Shown: positions 56,302-64,000 of the stretch, piece after piece | How the letters are laid out: every line of letters starts with the position of its first letter | Numbering within the stretch: the stretch's first letter is position 1 | Assembly: GCA_965219995.1 (NCBI GenBank) | Contig: CBDCOX010000002.1 | Location: 4,032,001 to 4,096,000, forward strand | Source of the DNA: Candidatus Latescibacterota bacterium | GTDB lineage: Bacteria > Latescibacterota > UBA2968 > GCA-2709665 | DNA: 64,000 nt | Direction of reading: 5' to 3' | The notes under the pieces: generated by a model | Told to the model about the DNA's origin: nothing | Databases searched by the model: none | What the model saw: the letters and a program-made list of their open reading frames with translations, nothing else | Translations under genes and position numbers: made by a program

Positions 56302-58422
56302 CTACCATCGCACGCGAAAACGGGTCATGGACTCGGCCTCGGCGTCCGCCAGCAGATCCTCGACGATCACCCGGAAGGCGCGCAATCCCGGCGCCGTATC
56401 GGCCATATCCACCCGCAGATACCGGGGTTCCCAATCCCTGGCGCCCCGGTACGTATATGACACCGCCGTGGTCCACTCCGGCCGCGGGTCATCCAGTCTG
56501 CTCCTCTCGGGGATCACCTGGGTCTGATAGCCAATCCTGTAATGTGTGGCGCCGAAGGTATCGCGCGCCAGGTTGTACACCTCAAAATAAAACCACGCGC
56601 TTCCGTCGCGCGAGCACTCCCGCAGCGGATTGGGCAGCACCATGAAACGGGCGCGGTCCATCGGCCACTCGTCCCGCTCCACGATGCGCCGCGCCATCAG
56701 CAGGCTGCTGATTTCCAGCGAATCGGCGCTGAACCGCCTGACCCGCAACCGGTCCCGGAACGTGCCCACTTTCCTGGTGGCCTGGTCCTCCGCCTCTCCC
56801 GCCAGGTTATAGTCTCCGGGCGCCAGCGTCAGCTGCTCGCTCGCGAGCAGGTATCCCCTCCTGGTCGAGACGTAATGTATCCAGGGCATGCGCCGTACCC
56901 GGCCGACATCCCGCCGCAGCGTATCCCAGGCCGTGTCGAACAGGAACATCGCCTGCAACACGTCCACCGCGCGGACCCCGGGATTGACCTCTTCATGCGC
57001 GACCTGGTCGCCGGGAAGCGCATAGTATACTTCCACGCCGGTCTTCCCGCCATCGCGCCTGAATTGAGCGACCTGATAGGGCACGCTGTACTGATAGGGG
57101 TAGCGGTAGTAGTCCGGAACCGCTTTGACCAGTTCGCTGAAATTGAGGGTCCGGCCGCCCAGCTTCGACTTGCCGAATCGCCACGAATCCCAGGAATTGG
57201 TGTTCAGGAACGACACCTCGAACCCCTCGTACGTCCACGTATCCTTTCGAGGATGGAACTCGAAGATCCCACCTGACGGGCGCCACTGCCGCCGCCTCAT
57301 CTCCGCTTCCTCTTCGATGGTCTTCGTCAGGCCCAGATCGATGTCCGCGGGCGTCATGTGCCGCGCGACGGGGTCGCCGTACCGGATGTACGCCTGACCC
57401 CGGGCCGTTTCCCATCCGGCGTATCCGTTGATCGGGTCCCCGAATCGCAGGTTCGCGAAGGCCACCCGCCGGCATTGCTCCAGCATCCGTTCGTTGATCT
57501 CGCTCAGATACAGCGGATCCTTCCCGAACCAGAACTTCCGGATCGCTTCCTCGTCCGGCGGGGGCTCGTCGTTCTTCCAGGATTTCCTGTCCCGCATCAG
57601 AAAGACCGACTGCATGAACCGGCGCTGCCGGTCGGACAGCCGCGCCAGCCCGTCCACGTAGGCGCGATAGGCTGCTTCCGGATCACCCTTCTCCTGGTGG
57701 CCGAGCCCCTTGAAGAACCAGGCGTCCGCGCGGCCTTCATTTCGTTCGATTTGTTCGTTAAACAGGGAGATCAGCGCATCCGGCCTGCGCGCCAGATAAT
57801 ATGCCAGCCCAAGATGCACGCGGGACGGCCAGTGGTCCGGATCCAGCCACAGGGCGCGGCTCAGATAGTCGATCCCGACGTCCACGTCCATGTCCGCGTA
57901 GCCGCGCTGCGCGAACGTGCGCCCCGCGGTCACGTCTCCGTCCCCTGCCACACGAGCCTCGTCGCCCGCTCCCTCCCGCGTGAAAAACGTCATTTCCCAC
58001 GACCAGACCACGAACCGCCCCGCCCAATAGTAGGCGCGCACGTTTTTCGGATCCAGCGCGATGGCCTCCCTCGCCCTTTTGTACGAGCCGGACCGCGGGC
58101 CGGTGCGCCAGAGCAGTTCCGCGAAGGACGCCACGTATTCCGAGTTATCGGGCTCACGCTCCAGCGCCCGCTTCAAGAGCGACCGCGCCTGCTGGCGCGA
58201 ATACGTCGTGCCTTTTTCCAGCCGCAACCGCGCGAGCGCATGCAGGGCCCTTCCCGTCCTGTCGAGTTCGATCGCGTTCTTCAACAGGTCCCTGCGTCGG
58301 TCCATCCCCAGCGAGGTATCCGTGGATGCCTGAACGAGCGAATCCACCGTCGCCAGGTCCCCTTGCGCGGCCTGCGCAGGGACCGATAACAACAACAGGC
58401 AAACGAACGTCCGAAAGGTCAT
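56302..58422 (-). CDS. GWxTD domain protein paralog (GWETA variant) with TPR repeats and signal peptide, 706 aa
   Basis: MTFRTFVCLLLLSVPAQA; FWFGKDP, RRVAFANLRF and GWETARGQAYIRYGDP. Colinear with 54083..56116. Confidence 0.85.
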   Translation of the reverse strand: MTFRTFVCLLLLSVPAQAAQGDLATVDSLVQASTDTSLGMDRRRDLLKNAIELDRTGRALHALARLRLEKGTTYSRQQARSLLKRALEREPDNSEYVASFAELLWRTGPRSGSYKRAREAIALDPKNVRAYYWAGRFVVWSWEMTFFTREGAGDEARVAGDGDVTAGRTFAQRGYADMDVDVGIDYLSRALWLDPDHWPSRVHLGLAYYLARRPDALISLFNEQIERNEGRADAWFFKGLGHQEKGDPEAAYRAYVDGLARLSDRQRRFMQSVFLMRDRKSWKNDEPPPDEEAIRKFWFGKDPLYLSEINERMLEQCRRVAFANLRFGDPINGYAGWETARGQAYIRYGDPVARHMTPADIDLGLTKTIEEEAEMRRRQWRPSGGIFEFHPRKDTWTYEGFEVSFLNTNSWDSWRFGKSKLGGRTLNFSELVKAVPDYYRYPYQYSVPYQVAQFRRDGGKTGVEVYYALPGDQVAHEEVNPGVRAVDVLQAMFLFDTAWDTLRRDVGRVRRMPWIHYVSTRRGYLLASEQLTLAPGDYNLAGEAEDQATRKVGTFRDRLRVRRFSADSLEISSLLMARRIVERDEWPMDRARFMVLPNPLRECSRDGSAWFYFEVYNLARDTFGATHYRIGYQTQVIPERSRLDDPRPEWTTAVSYTYRGARDWEPRYLRVDMADTAPGLRAFRVIVEDLLADAEAESMTRFRVRW

Positions 58423-58488
58423 TCGCAACTCCGAAACCCCCGGCGGATTTCGATTCTCCCGGCATCGATCCATTCGATTCGCTGCCGG

Positions 58489-59601
58489 CTACGCGGCGTG
58501 AATCGTCTCGTGCGCGCGGCTGTATCGCGCCACGGCGTCCATATTCAGTTCGCACCCCAGCCCGGGGTCCATGGGAACCGGCGCGAATCCGTCCGCAAAC
58601 GCGATCTGCTCCCGGATCAGGTTGCTCTCCCGGACCCAGCTTCCCACAATATCCGACGCCATGGTGCAGTTGGGCGCCGCCGAGACCGCGTGTACGTACG
58701 ACGCTTCGAGGATGCCCAGGTCGACCCCGGATCCGTGCCAGCAGCGCAGCCCGGCCGCCTCCGCTACGGCGGCGCTTTTCACGAAGCCCGTCATGCTCCC
58801 GCCCAGGTTCACGCAGTCCACCACGCCGGCCTTCACCGCCCGAATGACGTCCGACCCGCTCCCCAGGTGCATCGCAATGGGGATATTGACGGCCTCGTAA
58901 ATGGCAACGTAGCCCTCCAGGTCCGACTTGGGAATCGGGTCTTCGAATACCTCCACGTTGCCCAGGGGCTCGAGTTGCCCGGCGAGCTCGATCGTCTGCT
59001 CGGCCGTACGGAACCGCTCGTTGGGGTCCACGGTGACCTTGAACTCCGGGCCTGCGACGTCCCGGATGGCCCGCAGCCGTTCCAGCATCGGTTCCTCGAT
59101 CTTGCACTTGATCTTGATCCCCTTGAAGCCGTTCTCAAGCGCCCGTGCGACGGTCCGCTTTCCGTCCTCGGGCGTCTGGGACCCCATCCAGTAGTCCGTA
59201 CGCACCCGGTCGCGCACGGCCCCGCCGAGCAGGGCGTGTACGGGCATTCGGCGCGCGCGGCCGATCAGGTCGAATACGGCCATCTCGAGGGCATGATACG
59301 CGGGGCCCGTTCCCACTTCCAGCATCTTCTCGGCGCCGTCGGTGCGGGCTTCGTAGACATTCTGCAACGTCACGGTTTCGGGGTCCCGTCCCAGAACCAG
59401 GTCCGCGCCCGCGCGCACGTCCTCGATGGGCACACCCCGGCCGGACTCTCCCAGCCCGTAGGTTTCGGTGTCCGTATTGATCCGGAGGATATGCTTGGGC
59501 ACCACGTCCCACCCGACTTCGGGGACCCATTCGGGACTGTTCACGCGCCCCGGGAGACTGGGCACCACCACGGTCCATACGTCCATCGACGTCATTTTCA
59601 T
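58489..59601 (-). CDS. Mandelate racemase/muconate lactonizing enzyme family protein (enolase superfamily), 370 aa
   Basis: GLGES, ALEMAVFDL.GR....PVHALLGG, KIK, VDPN, FEDP and AMH; RBS GAGGAG. Confidence 0.9.
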   Translation of the reverse strand: MKMTSMDVWTVVVPSLPGRVNSPEWVPEVGWDVVPKHILRINTDTETYGLGESGRGVPIEDVRAGADLVLGRDPETVTLQNVYEARTDGAEKMLEVGTGPAYHALEMAVFDLIGRARRMPVHALLGGAVRDRVRTDYWMGSQTPEDGKRTVARALENGFKGIKIKCKIEEPMLERLRAIRDVAGPEFKVTVDPNERFRTAEQTIELAGQLEPLGNVEVFEDPIPKSDLEGYVAIYEAVNIPIAMHLGSGSDVIRAVKAGVVDCVNLGGSMTGFVKSAAVAEAAGLRCWHGSGVDLGILEASYVHAVSAAPNCTMASDIVGSWVRESNLIREQIAFADGFAPVPMDPGLGCELNMDAVARYSRAHETIHAA

Positions 59602-59639
59602 CGTTCGCTCCTCGGTTATTGGATTTCGGATTAAACCAT

Positions 59640-59689
59640 TTGACATCTGCCTGTGTCTACTGTATATTGAAAGTAATACACTAATACAC
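59640..59689 (+). promoter_or_regulatory. Sigma70 promoter overlapped by a YtrA/GntR-type operator
   Basis: TTGACA (59640-45), N17, TATATT (59663-68). Palindrome TGTAT-N10-ATACA at 59661-59680, extended by gtgt...acac. Confidence 0.72.
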
Positions 59690-59705
59690 TTTGGAGAACC
59701 GACCC

Positions 59706-60098
59706 GTGCTGATTGCAATCGACCACCACAGCGGCGTGCCGGTCTACCGGCAGTTGATGGACCAGATCAAGTTTCATATCGCGAGCGGCCTGTTGAATGC
59801 CGGCGAAAAACTGCCCACCACCCGCTCCCTCTCGGCAGAACTGGGCGTGAACCCGATGACGGTCAGCAAAGCCTACGGCTATCTGGAGGCCGAGGGCATC
59901 CTGGAGCGGAGGCGCGGACTTCCGCTGACCGTGAGTTACCTGAGACCCGAAAAGATCGAAGTTCAAAAGCTCAATCGGCTCCGGCAGAGCCTGGCGCCTA
60001 TTGTAGCCATCGCAAGACAACTCGGCGTCGAAAAATCGCAGGCCCTGGAGCTGTTCGGCCGGATGCTGGACGATGCCGAGGATCAGGAGGAATCATAA
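59706..60098 (+). CDS. GntR family (YtrA subfamily) regulator, GTG start at 59706 (alternative TTG 59691), 130 aa
   Basis: SGVPVYRQL..QIK..IASG.L..GEKLPT.R.LS.ELGVNPMTVSKAY..LE.EG; GGAG at 59693. Confidence 0.92.
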   Translation: MLIAIDHHSGVPVYRQLMDQIKFHIASGLLNAGEKLPTTRSLSAELGVNPMTVSKAYGYLEAEGILERRRGLPLTVSYLRPEKIEVQKLNRLRQSLAPIVAIARQLGVEKSQALELFGRMLDDAEDQEES

Positions 60099-60099
60099 T

Positions 60100-60984
60100 A
60101 TGGAATCCGCATTTGAAGTCAAGAACCTGACGAAGACGTTTGGAGACGTCACCGCGCTGGACAACGTGAGCGCTTCCGTACCCGGCCCGGCGGTTGTGGG
60201 CCTCATCGGCAGAAACGGAAGCGGAAAGACAACGCTGCTTCGCCACGTCATCGGCCTTTACCTGCCAACCAGCGGGCAATGCACTACCTTTGGATGCCCC
60301 AGCGACAAACTGGGTTCCGACGAACTCTCGCGCATCGGCGTCGTGCACCAGGAGAACCGGTTCCTGGAGTGGATGAAGGTGGAGCAGCAACTGCGCTATG
60401 TCTCCTCGTTCTACAAACGTTGGGACCGGGACCTCGAAGAGCGCCTGATCGACGAACTGGAACTGGAGCCCTCGGCACGCGTGGGGACGCTTTCGCCCGG
60501 CAACGCGCAGAAGCTGGGCATCATTCTTGCCGTCTGCCACCGCCCGGACCTGCTGATCCTGGACGAACCGATCAGCGGCCTGGACCCCATCACGCGCGAG
60601 CAATTCCTGAGATTCCTCCTCGAACTCCTCCATCAGGACGCGAATACGATCGTCATTTCGTCACACGTCCTGCGCGACGTCGAGAAAGTCATCAACCGCG
60701 TGATCTGCCTCGACAAGGGCCGGATCAAGGCGGATGCCTCGCTGGACGACCTCCAGGAGCAATTCGCCGAGTGGCGGGTGACCGTCAAGGCCGGCAGACT
60801 CCGCACACATTTCGAAGAAAACTACGTCGTGTCACAGGAGGTGGACAGCTACCAGGCCCGACTGCTCGTGAAAGGAGCATCGGACAACCTGGACGCATTC
60901 AAATCGAAATACGGGGTGGACGTCGACAACAGACCGCTCAACCTGGAAAGTATGTTTCCGCTTCTCCTGGAGGAGAACGGATGA
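60100..60984 (+). CDS. ABC transporter ATP-binding protein (YtrB-like), 294 aa
   Basis: GRNGSGKTT, LSPGN, LLILDEPISGLDP and ISSH. Confidence 0.92.
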   Translation: MESAFEVKNLTKTFGDVTALDNVSASVPGPAVVGLIGRNGSGKTTLLRHVIGLYLPTSGQCTTFGCPSDKLGSDELSRIGVVHQENRFLEWMKVEQQLRYVSSFYKRWDRDLEERLIDELELEPSARVGTLSPGNAQKLGIILAVCHRPDLLILDEPISGLDPITREQFLRFLLELLHQDANTIVISSHVLRDVEKVINRVICLDKGRIKADASLDDLQEQFAEWRVTVKAGRLRTHFEENYVVSQEVDSYQARLLVKGASDNLDAFKSKYGVDVDNRPLNLESMFPLLLEENG

Positions 60985-62384
60985 TGGGGTTCTACGCGTT
61001 GTTCGGATTGCTGTGGCGCAAATGGACCGTCCTGTACCTCTTCGGCCAGGGATTGCCGATCGCGTATTTCCTGTTTTCCTATGCGGACCAGCCATTCCCC
61101 GGCACACCCACGCCAGGCCGTCTCAATTTTCTCAGCTTTCTCATCGCGGCATTTATTGGACAGGATCTTGGGTTTGCCTTGCGCGAGCTTCAGCACACCC
61201 TGATCTCGTGGACGCTGCCCAAGCTGCGAAGGCGACTCTTCATTTCATTGCTATTGGCCGGCATCGTCACCGCGATGACTGTGACGTGCGCATATAAATC
61301 GCTCGGCGGTCCTGGACCATCGCTCGCGATTCTCGCGTCTGTTCTTCTCTGGTATAGTATGGGAGTGGCCGTCGGAAGAGGTTCAATACCGAGATTTTGG
61401 AGTTTACGCATCTCCTATGACCAACTTTCGACTCTAACTCTGTTTCTATTGGTCGTTGCCGGTTTTTCGATCAATCACATCGTCGATTTTTGCGGCGCCC
61501 ACGCCCTTCTGTGCGCCTTCGTGGCAATGCTGGGCGCCTCGTTCTTCCTCCATAGAAATCTCTCTGTCAACGTTGCCCGGCGGAATTCACAGATCTCCAT
61601 AGCGGAACTGACGGCATGGAAGGGAGTTTCGAGGCGGAAATGGCAGCAAAGACGTCCGATTACCGGCCTGTTCAACTGGATCCGAGCCGGGGCATACGAA
61701 AACCACGGTTTCGTCCGCGGAGGATGGCCGGTCATCGCCGTCGGAATGTCATGCATTGCCGCGCTAATTGTGACCGGTATGGCATACTACAAGGGATACA
61801 GCACGGGATCTCATGAAATGGGGATTCAGTTCATATACACTGCCATATTCGATGCTTCATCGGTAAGGAATATACCCGTACTCATATCGATCTTTCCCGC
61901 CATGTTTGTTGCTTTCCATGCCGTGATCGGATCGTGTCATCTCAAGGGTAATTTGCACTATCCGCTTGCCCGTCACCAATTGGCAAGGCTCGCGTATTGG
62001 GGTAGTCTCGTTCACAACGCTGTTTTCTGTGGGATGCTGCTACTGACCTTTCACCTTTCGGGAAGCCTGGCCTGGTTCAATACAGGAGGGGTGGCACCGT
62101 TCAAGTTTGTCCCTGATTCTGCCCTTCCACTCATCCTGATGTTTGCCTTCAGCCCGTTTCTTTCCTGGATGTGCCTGCGATATGGACAAAGTTCGCCTTC
62201 GAATGTAGTAATTCTGCTTCTCTACACACTTGTCGTTGGGTTGTTGGGTGTGCTATGGCTCGAAGAGGGTTCCGGCATTTCGGATCTCTATGGGATCACA
62301 GGGGGCATTGCTCTCATCCTCCTGTCCCAGTTCCTCTTCCGCTACAAGATCGAAAGGTATTTCAAGACCGCCGATCTCGTCTGA
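60981..62384 (+). CDS. Polytopic membrane protein, probable ABC permease of the Ytr-like operon, 467 aa
   Basis: ATGA overlap with the ATPase gene, about 12 hydrophobic segments, and markedly lower GC. Confidence 0.75.
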   Translation: MMGFYALFGLLWRKWTVLYLFGQGLPIAYFLFSYADQPFPGTPTPGRLNFLSFLIAAFIGQDLGFALRELQHTLISWTLPKLRRRLFISLLLAGIVTAMTVTCAYKSLGGPGPSLAILASVLLWYSMGVAVGRGSIPRFWSLRISYDQLSTLTLFLLVVAGFSINHIVDFCGAHALLCAFVAMLGASFFLHRNLSVNVARRNSQISIAELTAWKGVSRRKWQQRRPITGLFNWIRAGAYENHGFVRGGWPVIAVGMSCIAALIVTGMAYYKGYSTGSHEMGIQFIYTAIFDASSVRNIPVLISIFPAMFVAFHAVIGSCHLKGNLHYPLARHQLARLAYWGSLVHNAVFCGMLLLTFHLSGSLAWFNTGGVAPFKFVPDSALPLILMFAFSPFLSWMCLRYGQSSPSNVVILLLYTLVVGLLGVLWLEEGSGISDLYGITGGIALILLSQFLFRYKIERYFKTADLV

Positions 62385-62419
62385 CGATGCGATGCGTGGC
62401 GGCGGCGTTGTGGTATACT

Positions 62420-64000
62420 CTATGGCAGTTCCTCGAATTCACTCCAGATAGCCCCCGCTTTTGCCGCTTCGAGTCTGGTGGTCGGCAGGAGGAAAAAGAG
62501 CCCCTGAATCCGTTCCCCGGGCCCCATCCACCGATCCAGGTTGCCATTGAGAAAGCATCCGACCTTGCCCAGGGCGAACCCTGCGGCGCGCGCCCCCTCC
62601 CCGGCCGCGCTCAGGAACAATGCCTCTCCGTTCTCCCCGACGAGACCGCCCCATTTCCAGTTTCCGCCGCTGGTCCAGTGGGGCGCCGCCCGTGTCGAGA
62701 CTGACGCTTCGGTCCCGTTGTAAAACGTCGCGGTCCCGGGTGAGGCGGCGAATGCCGGCCAGATTTCGAAGCCCACGTCCCCATCGGCGCCGATTCCCAG
62801 TTCGTCCCGACAGGTCACGCGAACAGCCAGAACGTCCGCGCCGGGCGCGAGCAGGTATTCCAGCGAAATCGACTGACCGCGGGCATGCTCCTGCGCGATA
62901 CGGCAATGGACGCGCACCCCGCGCCAGACCAGTCCCTGGTGCCCCTTCTGTTCGATCACCCGGTACCGGAACCGTTCCTTGTGGAGCGTATCCTCGAGCC
63001 GGTCGTACTCCGGCGAGATGCCTCCGTGCCAGGGGTTCATCCAGGCGCGCGGCTCTGCGTCCGGATACGGGCTGTTGAGATACTCCACGCCGTCCCGTTG
63101 CAGAGAAATCACGGAACCCAGGAAAGAAGGCGCGACCTTCACCGTCAAGATCCCATTGTCGACCAGGATGATGCGGCCCTTCCCCAGGCGCGACACCGAG
63201 ACGTCGCGAGCGTCCGCGGGAAGGACCAGCGCCTTTTCGCTGAACCTGTAGACTGCCTCCTCCGTCTCGAATCGAACGCCGATTTCCTTCGCGCCGGACC
63301 GGACTTGCTCCGTGGTGCGAAAGGCCACCTTATGAATCACCGGTTTCGATTCGCAGAGCCCCCGTACCTTGACGGTTGTAACGCCCGTGTACAGACCGCC
63401 GGACGGTTCAATGATAAGTTCGCCGTCCAGCGTATGCCTGCCGACGTGATCGAGGCGCAATGTGGCATCGGTGCGCTCTCCCGCCACCAGCAGCGGGTGC
63501 GGTTCGATGCGGCACTCGATCGGCCTTCGCGTGGGCGCAGCGGACGTCTCGTTCTCCGGGACGTTGCCGCACAGGGTCCGCCACCAGGCCCGGACCGTCT
63601 GCCAGTTCCCGTCTCCAACAAAGGCGTTGACGGGGTCCAGCGACCTTGATTCCCCCGGCTTCACGCGAACAGCTCGAGTTCGAAGACTGCCCCAGGCGCC
63701 GGGGCTCACCCGCTCGGCCCTGTCCCACAGAATTCCCGTGGCGCAGCCATCCTCTCTATCGACGCAGAACCATCCCTCCGGCCACGCGTCCGCTTCCTCC
63801 GAAAGCCTGAGGTCGTCCAGGTCCCGTCCTCCCGATCCGAACGCCTGCCGGGCAACCCCTTGTCTTCCGGGCACGACCAGAGAAGCAACGCGTCCCATTT
63901 GCATCCACCAGCTTTGCGACACAGACAGGTCCAGCGGCAGCGAAGTTCCGTTGATTACCGTATCCTGTACCCTGACCAGCGGGCCCTGGCCAACCCGGAC
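62420..64000 (-). CDS. C-terminal part (5' partial) of a large hypothetical protein, possibly a long GNAT-fused family
   Basis: Frame is open to the window edge (VRVGQGPLVRVQDTVING...). VDNGIL.VKVAP.F...YLNSPYP....WMNPWHGGI recalls the tail of ~1000-aa GNAT-domain proteins (from memory, unverified). Confidence 0.6.
   Translation of the reverse strand, partial: VRVGQGPLVRVQDTVINGTSLPLDLSVSQSWWMQMGRVASLVVPGRQGVARQAFGSGGRDLDDLRLSEEADAWPEGWFCVDREDGCATGILWDRAERVSPGAWGSLRTRAVRVKPGESRSLDPVNAFVGDGNWQTVRAWWRTLCGNVPENETSAAPTRRPIECRIEPHPLLVAGERTDATLRLDHVGRHTLDGELIIEPSGGLYTGVTTVKVRGLCESKPVIHKVAFRTTEQVRSGAKEIGVRFETEEAVYRFSEKALVLPADARDVSVSRLGKGRIILVDNGILTVKVAPSFLGSVISLQRDGVEYLNSPYPDAEPRAWMNPWHGGISPEYDRLEDTLHKERFRYRVIEQKGHQGLVWRGVRVHCRIAQEHARGQSISLEYLLAPGADVLAVRVTCRDELGIGADGDVGFEIWPAFAASPGTATFYNGTEASVSTRAAPHWTSGGNWKWGGLVGENGEALFLSAAGEGARAAGFALGKVGCFLNGNLDRWMGPGERIQGLFFLLPTTRLEAAKAGAIWSEFEELP

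Noticed and set aside
1-64000. Prophage, secretion system, defence island or secondary-metabolite cluster
   Set aside because: No structural phage, secretion, NRPS/PKS, RiPP or restriction genes were recognised. Only two toxin-antitoxin remnants are present.

Overview
GC-rich bacterial chromosomal segment. I found no rRNA, tRNA, CRISPR array, integrase or transposase. The window is dominated by an unusual glycan/uronate catabolic neighbourhood. It encodes an expanded family of ~1100-1220 aa proteins without signal peptides that join a heparinase/oligo-alginate-lyase-like core (RQNH and FDK..R.GW..DDYLLLDG...H.[YH].D motifs) to a C-terminal FG-GAP/PQQ-like beta-propeller: five complete genes, one partial gene at the left edge and one internally deleted 62-aa remnant. 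It also holds two heparinase II/III-type proteins with signal peptides, a beta-helix/PKD protein, three paralogous DUF6785-type polytopic membrane proteins, a sugar ABC transporter, three PhyH-type Fe(II)/2OG oxygenases (one with HxG instead of HxD), uxuA and an enolase-superfamily enzyme. Other content: an ECF sigma/anti-sigma operon, two GWxTD proteins, a YtrA-type GntR/ABC operon, two orphan antitoxins, and several classes of short repeat elements. The gene content resembles host-associated marine lineages such as Latescibacterota or Gemmatimonadota, but that is inference only. All family assignments come from motif recognition by eye; no database search was run.
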